15,076 bases of DNA from Armatimonadota bacterium (GTDB lineage: Bacteria > Armatimonadota > Zipacnadia > Zipacnadales > UBA5352), in the NCBI GenBank assembly GCA_034722055.1, contig JAYENL010000023.1, forward strand, positions 1 to 15,076, in the 5' to 3' direction. The translations under genes and the position numbers were made by a program. Below are positions 7,582-15,076 of this stretch, one piece after another. Under the pieces are notes generated by a model. The model worked only from the letters and a program-made list of their open reading frames with translations, searched no databases and was not told the DNA's origin. The number at the start of each line of letters is the position of its first letter. Within the stretch, counting starts at the first letter, position 1.

Positions 7582-7713
7582 GTGCGCTGGCTCTGGCTTC
7601 CACTGGCCCTGTTGGGCATCGCCGCCATGGCCTACGGCGTTCACCTCGGCCAGCACACCTGGGTGCGCAGCCATGCCATGACGCTGTGCACGGCCTGCAT
7701 CGGCCTGGAGTGA
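7582..7713 (+). CDS. 43 aa membrane microprotein with C-terminal CxxC, resembling the CD1871A CXXC-motif family
   Basis: GTG 7582 behind GAGGGTGG translates as MRWLWLPLALLGIAAMAYGVHLGQHTWVRSHAMTLCTACIGLE* (TGA 7711-7713). It has a hydrophobic N-half and a CTACIG end, and fills the gap before the 4Fe-4S gene. Below the ORF track size cutoff. Confidence 0.85.
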   Translation: MRWLWLPLALLGIAAMAYGVHLGQHTWVRSHAMTLCTACIGLE

Positions 7714-7720
7714 TAGGGCC

Positions 7721-8578
7721 ATGGCCGACGGCGACGCGCAGCGCGTCCCTCTGTATCTTCGCATCCGCCGCCACGTGCAGCTCGCTGCCGCCTTCCTCGT
7801 CAACGCTCGGTTCCTGATCGACCTGCGCGGCGTCTGCTTTCCGGTCCTGAACTGCTGGGCCTGTCCCACCGCCGGGGTGGCGTGCCCGCTGGGCGCGCTG
7901 CAGGACTCCATGCCGGCGCTGAGGGCCTCGCTGCTGGCCCCGCTCTACATTCTCGGCACGATGCTGGCCGCCAGCGCTCTCATCGGCCGGGCCATGTGCG
8001 GCTGGCTCTGTCCCTTCGGCCTGGTGCAGGACCTGCTCGGCCGCCTGCGCCGAAGGCACTGGCGGCTGCCGCGGTGGGCGGGCTACTTCAAGTACGTGAC
8101 GCTGGTGGGACTGGCGCTGATCGTCCCGTACCTGACCTGGGAGCCGTGGTTCTGCAAGCTCTGCCCGCAGGGGGCGCTGCAGGGAAGCATCTTCCAGCCC
8201 ATCGTCCAGCCTCAGCTTCGGGAGGCCCTCGGCGGGTGGTGGGTGCTGAAGATCGGCATCCTGGTCGCCTTTCTGGTCAGCTTCGTCCTCATCCGGCGCC
8301 CGTTCTGCCACGCCTTCTGTCCGTTGGGCGCGATCTTCTCGCTGTGCAATGGCGTCAGCTTCATACGAATGCACTACGATCGCGATAAGTGCACCGACTG
8401 CATGTGGTGCGTGCGGGAGTGTCCGGCGGGCATCGACCCACGGAGGGACCTGGGGAGCAACGTGTGCGTGAGCTGCATGGAGTGCGCCAAGTGCCCCTTC
8501 GGCGCCATTCGGGTGACGACCGCCCTGGCGAGGGCACAGGTGAGCTCGGGTCTCGGCAGTGAGGAGGCGGAGCAGTGA
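7721..8578 (+). CDS. Membrane-bound 4Fe-4S binding protein (NapH/MauN/YccM-like polyferredoxin)
   Basis: N-terminal 'VCFPVLNCWACP...ACPLGALQ', Cx2-3CP motifs (CGWLCPFG, FCKLCPQG, FCHAFCPLG), several hydrophobic helices, and C-terminal ferredoxin motifs CTDCMWCVRECP and CVSCMECAKCP. Confidence 0.9.
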   Translation: MADGDAQRVPLYLRIRRHVQLAAAFLVNARFLIDLRGVCFPVLNCWACPTAGVACPLGALQDSMPALRASLLAPLYILGTMLAASALIGRAMCGWLCPFGLVQDLLGRLRRRHWRLPRWAGYFKYVTLVGLALIVPYLTWEPWFCKLCPQGALQGSIFQPIVQPQLREALGGWWVLKIGILVAFLVSFVLIRRPFCHAFCPLGAIFSLCNGVSFIRMHYDRDKCTDCMWCVRECPAGIDPRRDLGSNVCVSCMECAKCPFGAIRVTTALARAQVSSGLGSEEAEQ

Positions 8579-9282
8579 GTGTCGGCGACTGGGACTCGCT
8601 GATGCCCGAGGATGTTGACCGGCTGACCGTGGAGGTGCTGCGCACGGCCTGGCGGGCGCGGCCGGAGGTGCGCCGCGTTCGCGTTGCGGGGCAGGATGCG
8701 GTGGTCAAGGACTACGGCCGGGGCGGGAGTCTGTTCAAGCGCGCCATCCTCGGCTCCTTCCTGGCCCAGCGGGAGGCGGCGGCGTTGCGCCGAGCGGAGG
8801 GGATTGCGAACGTGCCGAGACTCCTGAGCACGCCGCAGCCGTGGACGGTGGTGCTGAACTACATCGATGCCCGCTGTGTCACGGAGGTGGAGGAGCCGGA
8901 CTTCGGGCCGGAGTTCTTCAGCCGCCTGGAGGCGCTGATCGCCAGGCTTCACCAGCGCGGCATCGCGCACGGGGACCTGGAGAAGCTTGACAACATCCTG
9001 GTGACCGCCGACGGGCAGCCGGTGCTGGTTGACTTCGCGGCAGCCATCATGGCGGGGGCGAACCCTCTGGCGGCTCTGGTGCTTCCGTACATTCGGGACA
9101 ATGACCGGCGGGCGGTCTGCAAGCTCAAGGAGCGCGTCGCCCCGCACCTGCTGACCGACGAGGAGCGCGAGAAGCTCACCGCGCGGCCCTCCGCGGAGCG
9201 GTGGTTCCGTGGCATGCGCCGGTACATTCGCAGACCCATCAAGTCGCTGGCGACGGGGGAGGACCAGCGGGCCGGGGGATGA
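8575..9282 (+). CDS. Small protein-kinase-like enzyme (RIO1/Kdo-kinase-like)
   Basis: 'AVVKDY', 'REAAAL', 'VPRLL', catalytic loop 'LHQRGIAHGDLEKLDNILV' and 'LVDF'. GTG overlaps the upstream stop (GTGA) behind GAGGAGG. Confidence 0.78.
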   Translation: MSVGDWDSLMPEDVDRLTVEVLRTAWRARPEVRRVRVAGQDAVVKDYGRGGSLFKRAILGSFLAQREAAALRRAEGIANVPRLLSTPQPWTVVLNYIDARCVTEVEEPDFGPEFFSRLEALIARLHQRGIAHGDLEKLDNILVTADGQPVLVDFAAAIMAGANPLAALVLPYIRDNDRRAVCKLKERVAPHLLTDEEREKLTARPSAERWFRGMRRYIRRPIKSLATGEDQRAGG

Positions 9283-9296
9283 GGTCCCCGGCGGCG

Positions 9297-9323
9297 GGAA
9301 CCGCCGCAACCCCTCCCGACGTT
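9297..9323 (+). promoter_or_regulatory. Candidate ECF (SigH/SigR-like) autoregulatory promoter
   Basis: GGAAC (9297-9301), 19 nt, GTT (9321-9323), directly upstream of the ECF gene. Confidence 0.5.
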
Positions 9324-9369
9324 ATCATCAACGGAGGCCCTGAACGGGCCTCGCACGGGGAGCGCCCCG

Positions 9370-9951
9370 ATGACGCTCAGGCTGATCAGCTCGAGCTCCC
9401 GCGGCGCCTCACGGCGCAACGAGTTCGAGCGGCTGGTTCGAAAACATGAGCGCGACATCTTCCACGCCGCCCTGCGCATGACCGGCGATCAGGCCGACGC
9501 TGAGGACGTCGCCCAGGAGGCGCTCCTGAAGGCCTACGGGGCCTTCGATCAGTTCGAGCTTGGAACCAACTTCCGGGCCTGGATCCTGCGGATCCTCACC
9601 AACACGTATATCAACGAGTTCCGCAGGCGGCGGCGGACCCCGGAGATGACCACCTGGGACCTGCTGCCGCGGGAGGAGCTGGGAAAGGTCTCCCGCGAGG
9701 ACGCGGCTGAGGACCCGGAGCTGGCGGCGCTGGAGGGACAGCTCGACGCCGAGGTGGAGGAGGCGCTGAGCGAGATCCCGGAGGTGTTTCGCGAGGCCGT
9801 GGTTCTGTGTGACATGCACGGGATGTCCTACAACGAGATCGCGGAGGCGCTGGACATACCCATCGGCACGGTGCGCTCGCGGATCGCCCGCGGCCGGGGC
9901 CTGTTGCAGGAAAAGCTCAGAGAGTACGCACAGGCGCGAGGACTGATCTGA
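9370..9951 (+). CDS. ECF-type RNA polymerase sigma factor
   Basis: Region 2 'DAEDVAQEALLKAY...F..GTNFRAWILRILTNTYIN' and region 4 'FREAVVLCDMHGMSYNEIAEALDIPIGTVRSRIARGR'; 193 aa. Confidence 0.95.
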   Translation: MTLRLISSSSRGASRRNEFERLVRKHERDIFHAALRMTGDQADAEDVAQEALLKAYGAFDQFELGTNFRAWILRILTNTYINEFRRRRRTPEMTTWDLLPREELGKVSREDAAEDPELAALEGQLDAEVEEALSEIPEVFREAVVLCDMHGMSYNEIAEALDIPIGTVRSRIARGRGLLQEKLREYAQARGLI

Positions 9952-9953
9952 GG

Positions 9954-10718
9954 ATGAATGAGCGCTGTCGGGAGATCAGAGAGCTTCTTGCCCCGCTGGT
10001 GGACGGGGAGCTGGACGCGAGGCGGCGGAAGATCGTCGCCGCGCACCTGCTCGCGTGCTCGGACTGCAGCGAACGGGCTGGAGAGATGATGGCCGCCAAG
10101 CGGCTGGTGGAGCGCGAGGCGCCGTCCGCCGAGGCGGTCCCGGAGGGCTTCCACTCCCGCCTGCAGGCGCGGCTGGACCAGGCCGATGGGGAGCCGGTGC
10201 GGGCACGGTCGGTGGCGGCGGTCCGCCGGCTGGTGGGCATCGCGGCCGTCGGCGCCATCGCCATCAGCATCGCGTTCATCCTCAGCACGGTCTACTTCAT
10301 GGGCGCCGACCGGGCGCTGGAGCTGACGAATCTGCACTACCAGCACGCGGGCGTCACCGGCCCCTTCCCTCCCGACGGCTACGCCACCGTAAGCTGCAAT
10401 CCCTGGTCGGAGCGCTGGGTGGAGCGCCGCACCCTCCCTGTGACCGTGGACGGCCTGGGGGTCGCCTGGACCATCTACCACGTGGGGAGCTGCCCGGTGT
10501 CTGTGGTGGAGGGGCCCCGTGACTGGCACCCATACCGCACCGGCTGGCTGGTCACCGAGCGGGTGGGCGGTTTCGACATCCGCGAAGTGGGGGAGACCTG
10601 CATGACCTCATGGACCTCCGGCGACAACCGCATCGTGCTCATCGCCGTCGCCACGCCCCAAGAGGTGGCCGACATGGCCGCCGCCTACCGCGACAGGAGA
10701 AGGTCCTCAGCCCTGTAG
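9954..10718 (+). CDS. Zinc-finger (zf-HC2/ZAS) transmembrane anti-sigma factor
   Basis: N-terminal 'CREIRELL..LVDGEL...HLLACSDC' (HxxxCxxC), one central hydrophobic helix (LVGIAAVGAIAISIAFILSTVYF), and a start 2 nt after the ECF stop. Confidence 0.88.
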   Translation: MNERCREIRELLAPLVDGELDARRRKIVAAHLLACSDCSERAGEMMAAKRLVEREAPSAEAVPEGFHSRLQARLDQADGEPVRARSVAAVRRLVGIAAVGAIAISIAFILSTVYFMGADRALELTNLHYQHAGVTGPFPPDGYATVSCNPWSERWVERRTLPVTVDGLGVAWTIYHVGSCPVSVVEGPRDWHPYRTGWLVTERVGGFDIREVGETCMTSWTSGDNRIVLIAVATPQEVADMAAAYRDRRRSSAL

Positions 10719-10768
10719 GCTCGAATCACCCCGCGACTGCCCTAGCTAGCCGGCGGGAGGTGGTGCGT

Positions 10769-11368
10769 ATGCGAGCCGCTGTCATTGTGCTCCTGGCGTG
10801 TCTGTGTCTGGTGAGCGCGGCCGACACCGAAGAGACGCCCCAGCCGCTGGCGCCCGGCACAGAGGCCCCGCAGTTCACCGCCACGACCCTGGAGGGCACC
10901 CCCATCAAGCTCGCCGAGTGGAAGGGGAAGGTCGCGGTGCTGAACTTCTTCATCACCTGGTACCGGGACGCCGGCAAGCACCTGGCGATGCTGGAGGAGC
11001 TGGCGGATCGCTACAGCCAGGAGGGCATGCGGCTGCTCTCCATCAGCCTCGACGAGGACGAGGAGGGGCTGGAGCAGGTTCGGGCGCTCATCCGGGAGCA
11101 GGAGATCGCTCATCCCGTGGCCTCCGACCTGGAGCGGCGGATCTCCAAGCTCTACCATGTCCGGGCCCTGCCCGCGATCTTCATCATCGGCCGCGACGGC
11201 AAGATCACCCACTATCACGAGGGCTACACGGAGGGTGATGACCGGCGGCTGGAGGAGGCTGTTACGGCCGCGCTGGGCGTGGAGTGCCCGCCGGCCGAAA
11301 AGGAGCAGCCCGCGGCCGAGGAGGAGCAGGAGGAGCCGGTCTGCCACTGCTTCCGCCGCGGCGAGTGA
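10769..11368 (+). CDS. Exported TlpA/ResA-like thioredoxin-fold (redoxin) protein lacking the active-site CxxC
   Basis: ATG 10769 behind GGGAGGT. Signal peptide MRAAVIVLLACLCLVSAA, then 'APQFTATTLEGTPIKLAEWKGKVAVLNFFITWYRDA', 'LLSISLD' and 'YHVRALPAIFIIGRDGKI'. Confidence 0.85.
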   Translation: MRAAVIVLLACLCLVSAADTEETPQPLAPGTEAPQFTATTLEGTPIKLAEWKGKVAVLNFFITWYRDAGKHLAMLEELADRYSQEGMRLLSISLDEDEEGLEQVRALIREQEIAHPVASDLERRISKLYHVRALPAIFIIGRDGKITHYHEGYTEGDDRRLEEAVTAALGVECPPAEKEQPAAEEEQEEPVCHCFRRGE

Positions 11369-11455
11369 CGTGGGCGACATGGTGAGATGACAGCCGGCGG
11401 CCCCCACCAGGGAGTCGCCGCTTCGACTTGCCGAGGCGTTCAAGGAGAGATACAG

Positions 11456-12847
11456 GTGCCACTTGCGTGCGTGATACTGGCGGCCGGTGAGGGCACGCGG
11501 ATGCGCTCGGACGTGCCCAAGCCGCTGCATGAGGTGGCCGGGCGGCCCATGATCGACCACGTGCTGCGCACCATCGGCGAGCTGGGGCCGGAGCGCTGCA
11601 TCGTGGTGGTCGGCGTCGGCGCGGAGCGCGTCGTGGAGGCGATCTCCGGCCGTGCGGACACCTGCGAGCAGCCCGAACAGCGCGGCACCGGCCACGCCGC
11701 CATCTGCGCCCAGCCGGCGCTGGAGGGCTTTGAGGGCGAGGTGCTCATCACCTACGCCGACATCCCGCTGGTGAAGTCCGAGACGCTGCGGGCGCTGGTG
11801 GCCCATCACCGCGCCGAGGGGGCGGCGGCGACCGTTCTCACGACCGAGATGGATGACCCCACCGGCTACGGGAGGATCGTCCGCGACGCATCCGGAGCCG
11901 TCTCCGGCATCGTCGAGCACGCCGACGCCAGCGATGAGCAGCTCGCCATCCGGGAGATCAACACCGGCATCTACGTCTTCGAGGCGGGCGCGCTGAGCGC
12001 CGCGCTGGGGCAGATCACGCCCGACAACGAACAGGGCGAGCTCTACCTCACGGACGCTCTGGGCGCGCTGGTGGCCTACGGACGGAGGGTCTCGGCCCTC
12101 GCCACGGCCGATGCCTCCGAGGTCATGGGCATCAACGACCGCGTGCAGCTCGCCGAGGCCGAACGCGTTGCCCGCGACCGCATTCGGGAGGAGCTGATGC
12201 TGGCGGGGGTGACCCTGGTGGATCCGCCCTCCACCTTCATCGACGCCGGCGTCAGCGTGGGGCGGGATACGGTCATCGGCCCCGGCTGCCATCTGCTGGG
12301 CGAGACCACGGTGGGCTGCGGATGCGAGATCCGGGGGCAGGTGACGCTGCGCTCGGCCACCATCGGCGATGGGGTTCTGGTGCGAGATCACACGGTCATC
12401 GATGAGAGCGAGGTGGGGGACGGCTCGCAGGTCGGCCCCTTCTCCCTTCTTCGCGGCAACAGCACGGTGGGCGCAGGCTGCAAGGTGGGCAGCTCGGCGG
12501 AGATGAACCGCTCGCACCTGGGCGATAAGTCGAAGATGCAGCACTTCTCCTATCTCGGCGACTCCACCGTGGGGGAGGACTGCAACATCGGCGCCGGGGC
12601 CATCACCTGCAACTACGACGGGTTCGACAAGCACCAGACGACCATCGAGGATGGCGTCTTCATCGGCAGCGACACCATCCTGATAGCTCCGGTGACCGTG
12701 GGCGAGGGCGCCTACACCGCCGCCGGCTCGGTGATCACCAAGGATGTGCCGCCCGGCTCGCTGGCCATCGAGCGCGCGGATCAGCGGACCATCGAGGGCT
12801 GGGCCGAGCGCCGCCGCAGGCGCCGGGAAGGGCGTGAGCAGCAGTGA
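11456..12847 (+). CDS. glmU: Bifunctional UDP-N-acetylglucosamine pyrophosphorylase / glucosamine-1-phosphate N-acetyltransferase
   Basis: 'VILAAGEGTRMRSDVPKPLH', 'QRGTGHA', 'PTGYGRIVR', 'EINTGIY', 'ELYLTD', 'GINDRVQL', hexapeptide repeats, 'HFSYLGD' and 'GAGAITCNYDG'. Start placed at GTG 11456 behind AAGGAG. Confidence 0.97.
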   Translation: MPLACVILAAGEGTRMRSDVPKPLHEVAGRPMIDHVLRTIGELGPERCIVVVGVGAERVVEAISGRADTCEQPEQRGTGHAAICAQPALEGFEGEVLITYADIPLVKSETLRALVAHHRAEGAAATVLTTEMDDPTGYGRIVRDASGAVSGIVEHADASDEQLAIREINTGIYVFEAGALSAALGQITPDNEQGELYLTDALGALVAYGRRVSALATADASEVMGINDRVQLAEAERVARDRIREELMLAGVTLVDPPSTFIDAGVSVGRDTVIGPGCHLLGETTVGCGCEIRGQVTLRSATIGDGVLVRDHTVIDESEVGDGSQVGPFSLLRGNSTVGAGCKVGSSAEMNRSHLGDKSKMQHFSYLGDSTVGEDCNIGAGAITCNYDGFDKHQTTIEDGVFIGSDTILIAPVTVGEGAYTAAGSVITKDVPPGSLAIERADQRTIEGWAERRRRRREGREQQ

Positions 12848-13740
12848 TCAAGCTCGGCATCGTCTCGCTTGAATCCACGCACGTGGGTGCCTTCTGCCGC
12901 ATCTTCAACACCGACTCCTCCGAGCCCATGCACCTGGACGGCGCGGTGGTGGCCGCCCTGTGCAATCAGGACAACGACCCCGCGCGGATCGCGCAGCTCC
13001 AGCAGGAGTGGGGGATTGAGATCGTCGTCCACAATCCTCGCGACCTGCTGGGGATGGTGGACGCGGCGCTGATCTGCTCCCGCGACGGCGCCCAGCACCT
13101 GCGCCAGGCTCAGCCCTTCCTGGAGGAGGGGCTGCCGGTCTTCATCGACAAGCCCCTGGCGCTGCACATGGACGACGCCCGTGACATCATCAGCCTGGCG
13201 CTGGAGCACGGCGCGCCCGTCATGTCCGCGTCGGGCCTCCGCTACGCCGACGAGCTGCAGGCGGCGCTGGAGGAGATCGGCGACGAGGAGATCGTGCACG
13301 CCGACCTCATCGGCCCCGGCGAGCTGTTCTTCTACGGCATTCACCTGTCAGACATGCTCAACGCCATCATGGGCCCGGGCGTGGAGAGCGTCGCCAACCT
13401 CGGCGAGCACGAGTTCGACCTGCTCTCCTGCAGCTTCGCCGACGGGCGCTCTGCGAGCCTGCAGCTTCTGCGCGAGGCCGCGCCCCGCCACCAGGGACAG
13501 CTCTTCACCGGCGACACGTCCGTGCGCTTCGAGGTCACGGGCCACACGTTCTACGTGCACATGATGACGCGCTTTCTGGAGATGGTGCGGTCGGGCGAGC
13601 CGCCGGTGCACTACGATGACATGCTGGAGGCCATCGCGGTGCTGGTGGCCGCGGATCGCTCCCAGCGGCAGGGCGGCCGCGTCGTGCGCCTCGCCGAGAT
13701 CCGTCCCGAGCGGGAGACGCTGGAGCCCACCATACACTGA
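12844..13740 (+). CDS. Gfo/Idh/MocA family oxidoreductase (second, divergent copy)
   Basis: 'IKLGIVSLESTH', 'VDAALI', 'H...AQPFLEEGLPVFIDKPLA', 'SASGLRY', 'FFYGIH'. Start overlaps the glmU stop (GTGA). Confidence 0.82.
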   Translation: MIKLGIVSLESTHVGAFCRIFNTDSSEPMHLDGAVVAALCNQDNDPARIAQLQQEWGIEIVVHNPRDLLGMVDAALICSRDGAQHLRQAQPFLEEGLPVFIDKPLALHMDDARDIISLALEHGAPVMSASGLRYADELQAALEEIGDEEIVHADLIGPGELFFYGIHLSDMLNAIMGPGVESVANLGEHEFDLLSCSFADGRSASLQLLREAAPRHQGQLFTGDTSVRFEVTGHTFYVHMMTRFLEMVRSGEPPVHYDDMLEAIAVLVAADRSQRQGGRVVRLAEIRPERETLEPTIH

Positions 13741-13751
13741 CGGGTACTATC

Positions 13752-14294
13752 ATGAGTGAGCCCGACGATGAGGGGCGCAGAGGTCGTCGGTGCTGCTTGA
13801 TTGCTGCCGTCAGCGTTCCCCTTCTCGCGATCGGTCTCCTGGTAGGGTGTTGGGAGTGGATGGAGTGTAAGTACGAGCGCGTCTGGCGAGACGAGAAGAG
13901 GCCCAGGCTAGCCGCAGCCACGCGGGCCGCGCAGCCGATCATCGCTGCCCTAGCGCAGTACCACCGCGACCACGAGCGCTACCCCGAGGAGCTTGAGGCG
14001 CTGGTGCCGCAGCACCTCGGTGCGATCCCCGACCCGCGGCCCCCACTCCACGATCCGTGGGTCTACGTGCCCCTCGACGGGGGAGACGATTTCCTGCTCT
14101 ACGCCGAGGCCCCGATGAACTACTACGGCGTCCCCATCCAGCCACCGAGCACCGCAGAGCAGCTCGTATACGAGTCCGACGGCACCTACGAACATGATCC
14201 CTGGTCGGTCGAGGCCGGCGAACCGCGGCAGCGCGAGCCCATCGACCGCATCGGCAAGTGGGCCTACTACGCCTACCACGACGACCTCTTCTGA
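13752..14294 (+). CDS. Hypothetical membrane-anchored protein with a GspG/pilin-like segment
   Basis: N-terminal hydrophobic helix (LIAAVSVPLLAIGLLVG) followed by 'IIAALAQYHRDHERYPEELEALVPQHLGAIPDP'. It fits the gap between its neighbours. Confidence 0.65.
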   Translation: MSEPDDEGRRGRRCCLIAAVSVPLLAIGLLVGCWEWMECKYERVWRDEKRPRLAAATRAAQPIIAALAQYHRDHERYPEELEALVPQHLGAIPDPRPPLHDPWVYVPLDGGDDFLLYAEAPMNYYGVPIQPPSTAEQLVYESDGTYEHDPWSVEAGEPRQREPIDRIGKWAYYAYHDDLF

Positions 14295-14363
14295 AGGATT
14301 CCCCCTCCCGCGCGGCAAACCTCAGAGCGTAGGTGCATGTACCGACCGACTGGGAGGATATCC

Positions 14364-15076
14364 ATGCGCTGGTTGATGCTGCTGGTCATCCCGTCCCTCG
14401 CCTCGCCGCTGTTCGGCGCTGACCTCGCTCCGACGCCCGTCGCCACGGCGGGCATGACCGATGCGCCGCCAAGCATCGACGGGCGCCTCGACGACGGCTG
14501 CTGGACGGAGTCCTCGGCGATCCTGCGCGGCTTTGTTCAGACGGACATGTCCGCGTTCGCGCCGGTGGACACGGACGCCCGCGTGTGCTGGGGCGCCGAG
14601 AAGCTCTACGTCGGCGTGCGCTGCGAGGAGCCGAACGTGGACGCGCTCCGGGCTCAGATGACCGAGCGCGATGACGCTGTGTGGCGCGACGACTGCATCG
14701 AGCTGTTCCTGGATACCAACCACGATCGCAAGACCTACGCGCATGTGATCGTCAGCAGCATCGGCACCATCTACGATGATCGCATCCCCGGCGACGCCTC
14801 CTGGGACGCCGACATCGATGTCGCTGCGCAGACCGGCGATGGCCTCTGGGCGGTGGAGGTCGCGATCGGCCTCGAGAGCCTTGGCGGCGCGCCCCAGCCC
14901 GGCGACGTCTGGGGCTTCAATGTCGGCCGCGAGCGCTACGCCGGCGAGGGCCAGCTCAGCATCTGGTCCCCCACCTACGCGAAGTTCTTGGAGCCGGATC
15001 GCTTCGGGGAGCTGCTCTTCGCCGAGCAGCCCGGCGGCTTCGCGTGGGCGCTGATCGATCAGCCGATGTTCGGCCT
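14364..15076 (+). CDS. Secreted protein with an N-terminal CBM9-like (DOMON-like) sugar-binding domain, 3'-truncated by the window edge
   Basis: ATG 14364 behind GGAGG; open to the window end, so absent from the track. MRWLMLLVIPSLASPLFGA, then 'PPSIDGRLDDGCW', 'LYVGVRCEEP', 'RDDAVWRDDCIELFLD', 'WAVEVAI', 'GDVWGFNVGR' and 'PDRFGELLF'. Confidence 0.88.
   Translation, partial: MRWLMLLVIPSLASPLFGADLAPTPVATAGMTDAPPSIDGRLDDGCWTESSAILRGFVQTDMSAFAPVDTDARVCWGAEKLYVGVRCEEPNVDALRAQMTERDDAVWRDDCIELFLDTNHDRKTYAHVIVSSIGTIYDDRIPGDASWDADIDVAAQTGDGLWAVEVAIGLESLGGAPQPGDVWGFNVGRERYAGEGQLSIWSPTYAKFLEPDRFGELLFAEQPGGFAWALIDQPMFG

Noticed and set aside
8575..9951. Phosphorylation-activated ECF (kinase-ECF pair of the EcfP/PknT type)
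   Set aside because: The sigma keeps the canonical acidic DAED motif and has its own anti-sigma, and the kinase is a small RIO/Kdo-like protein rather than a typical Hanks-type kinase.
10958..10972. Selenocysteine in the TlpA active site
   Set aside because: There is no in-frame TGA; the codons are TAC and GCC.
1..15076. CRISPR arrays, tRNA/rRNA genes, integrases, reverse transcriptases or defence genes
   Set aside because: I saw no regularly spaced repeats, RNA gene signatures or corresponding protein motifs.

Overview
GC-rich bacterial chromosomal window with two divergent gene blocks. The left block (minus strand) has a D-2-hydroxyacid dehydrogenase, a neutral-ceramidase-like hydrolase and a >816 aa secreted multidomain protein that runs off the left edge and is absent from the ORF track. 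The right block (plus strand) follows a perfect TTGACA-N18-TATAAT promoter. It encodes a Gfo/Idh/MocA oxidoreductase, a xylose-isomerase-like TIM barrel, an unlisted 43 aa membrane CxxC microprotein, a membrane 4Fe-4S protein, a small kinase-like protein, an ECF sigma factor with a zinc-finger anti-sigma, a TlpA-like protein lacking its CxxC, glmU, a second Gfo/Idh/MocA, a pseudopilin-like hypothetical protein and a CBM9-like secreted protein cut by the right edge. Two things stand out. First, a 232 bp non-coding element in the divergent intergenic region has IS50/Tn5-like terminal inverted repeats, an imperfect 9 bp target-site duplication and extensive internal fold-back, so it is a probable MITE. 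Second, 7582-11368 is a candidate transmembrane thiol-redox/ECF signalling module. All family assignments come from motif recognition by eye; no database searches were run.
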